From positions 168,330,001-168,394,000 of the forward strand of contig NC_042997.1 in NCBI RefSeq assembly GCF_006345805.1: a stretch of DNA of 64,000 nt, in the 5' to 3' direction. The DNA comes from Octopus sinensis (lineage: Eukaryota). How positions within the stretch are numbered: position 1 is the stretch's first letter; every line of letters starts with the position of its first letter. The notes below the pieces were generated by a model, which saw only the letters and a program-made list of their open reading frames with translations, searched no databases and had not been told where the DNA came from. Below, piece by piece: positions 63,151 to 64,000 of this stretch. A program made the translations under genes and the position numbers.

Positions 63151-63564
63151 ACACAGTGAATGATCCACAAGCATTCAAGCAAACTGGGTCCTCAACTTGT
63201 TCCATTTGCCAAAAGGTTTTCAAGGCATCAGCTGGCCTCAAGAGACAAATTTGTGTTCATAGAACATGTGTAATGCTTTACTGAACCCTCATTTGTTGTT
63301 CACAACAAGAGAATCCATCATATATATATAATAGAATTGGAAGGTTCACTGCTGCTCATTAGTTTCATCTTAGTTTGGAATCTTCAGTCAAGAAAACAAA
63401 TGTTTATGTGTCCAAAGATTCCTGACCCAGGATGAAACTGTTAGTTACTCAGTGTTAAGGAATCTTTCAGTTCTCACAGTAAATATTGACAAACATTAAA
63501 TTCTTACTTTATTTTTAGAGGTAGATGTACATAGTACACTGTAAAATACTCATGTACACACACA

Positions 63565-63623
<59 letters not shown>

Positions 63624-64000
63624 TCCATCTTATTTGCACAAGCAGGAAAAGTTTAATGTAAAACTATAGAATAAAGTACTAAAATGTTGAATATTTTAAA
63701 ATTACCTCTCCTGAATATTGCGCTTTATATTGTAAACAGATAAGTGACTTAAGTAATAGCCTCTCATAAAATTTTTCTTTTTTTTTCTTTTACTTGTTAT
63801 CATCCTTTAAATGTTTGTATGTATTAGAAAATAATGTTGGTTTGTGTTAAGAAGTTGACTTTGCAATCTTGTGCTTTGCAATCAGTTGTATTCTGAAAGG
63901 CTTTAGGGAAATGTCTTCTACTGCAATCATGTGAGAGGAGTTTGGTTGGTGAAAATTGTCATGATGCCCATTATGTGTGTGTGTGTGTTTATGTGTATCT

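Overview
AT-rich, repeat-dense metazoan genomic DNA, most likely an octopus (coleoid cephalopod). The organism is inferred from the SINE/RTE repeat repertoire, not proven. The only gene I can identify is the 5' end of an ADAP1/2-like ArfGAP (centaurin-alpha) on the + strand. Coding exon 1 is 12711-12792 and exon 2 is 61382-61515, separated by a 48,589-bp GT-AG intron that splits the C4 zinc finger. The supplied ORF track misses both exons. A second, unidentified gene probably runs head-to-head on the - strand, with its candidate ATG only 119 bp from the ADAP ATG and a well-flanked 163-nt exon at 9226-9388. Almost everything else is transposon-derived: several tRNA-head SINE families, RTE LINE fragments whose 3' UTR ends in (GAT)n, restriction-like-endonuclease (R4-type) non-LTR fragments, a Penelope relic, a DD34D mariner carrying a nested DD36E Tc1-like element, DD37D (maT) relics, hAT and piggyBac-type MITEs, a Chapaev-like end, and a 1.4-kb internally deleted Gypsy-type LTR element. 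No rRNA, true tRNA gene or CRISPR array is supported. I found no clear evidence of a wholly new biological system. The best leads are the compact bidirectional promoter with its unknown partner gene, the DD36E element, the microsatellite-associated nested RLE retroelements, and dsRNA-forming or possible recursive-splicing features of the giant intron. All similarity and family assignments were made by eye.
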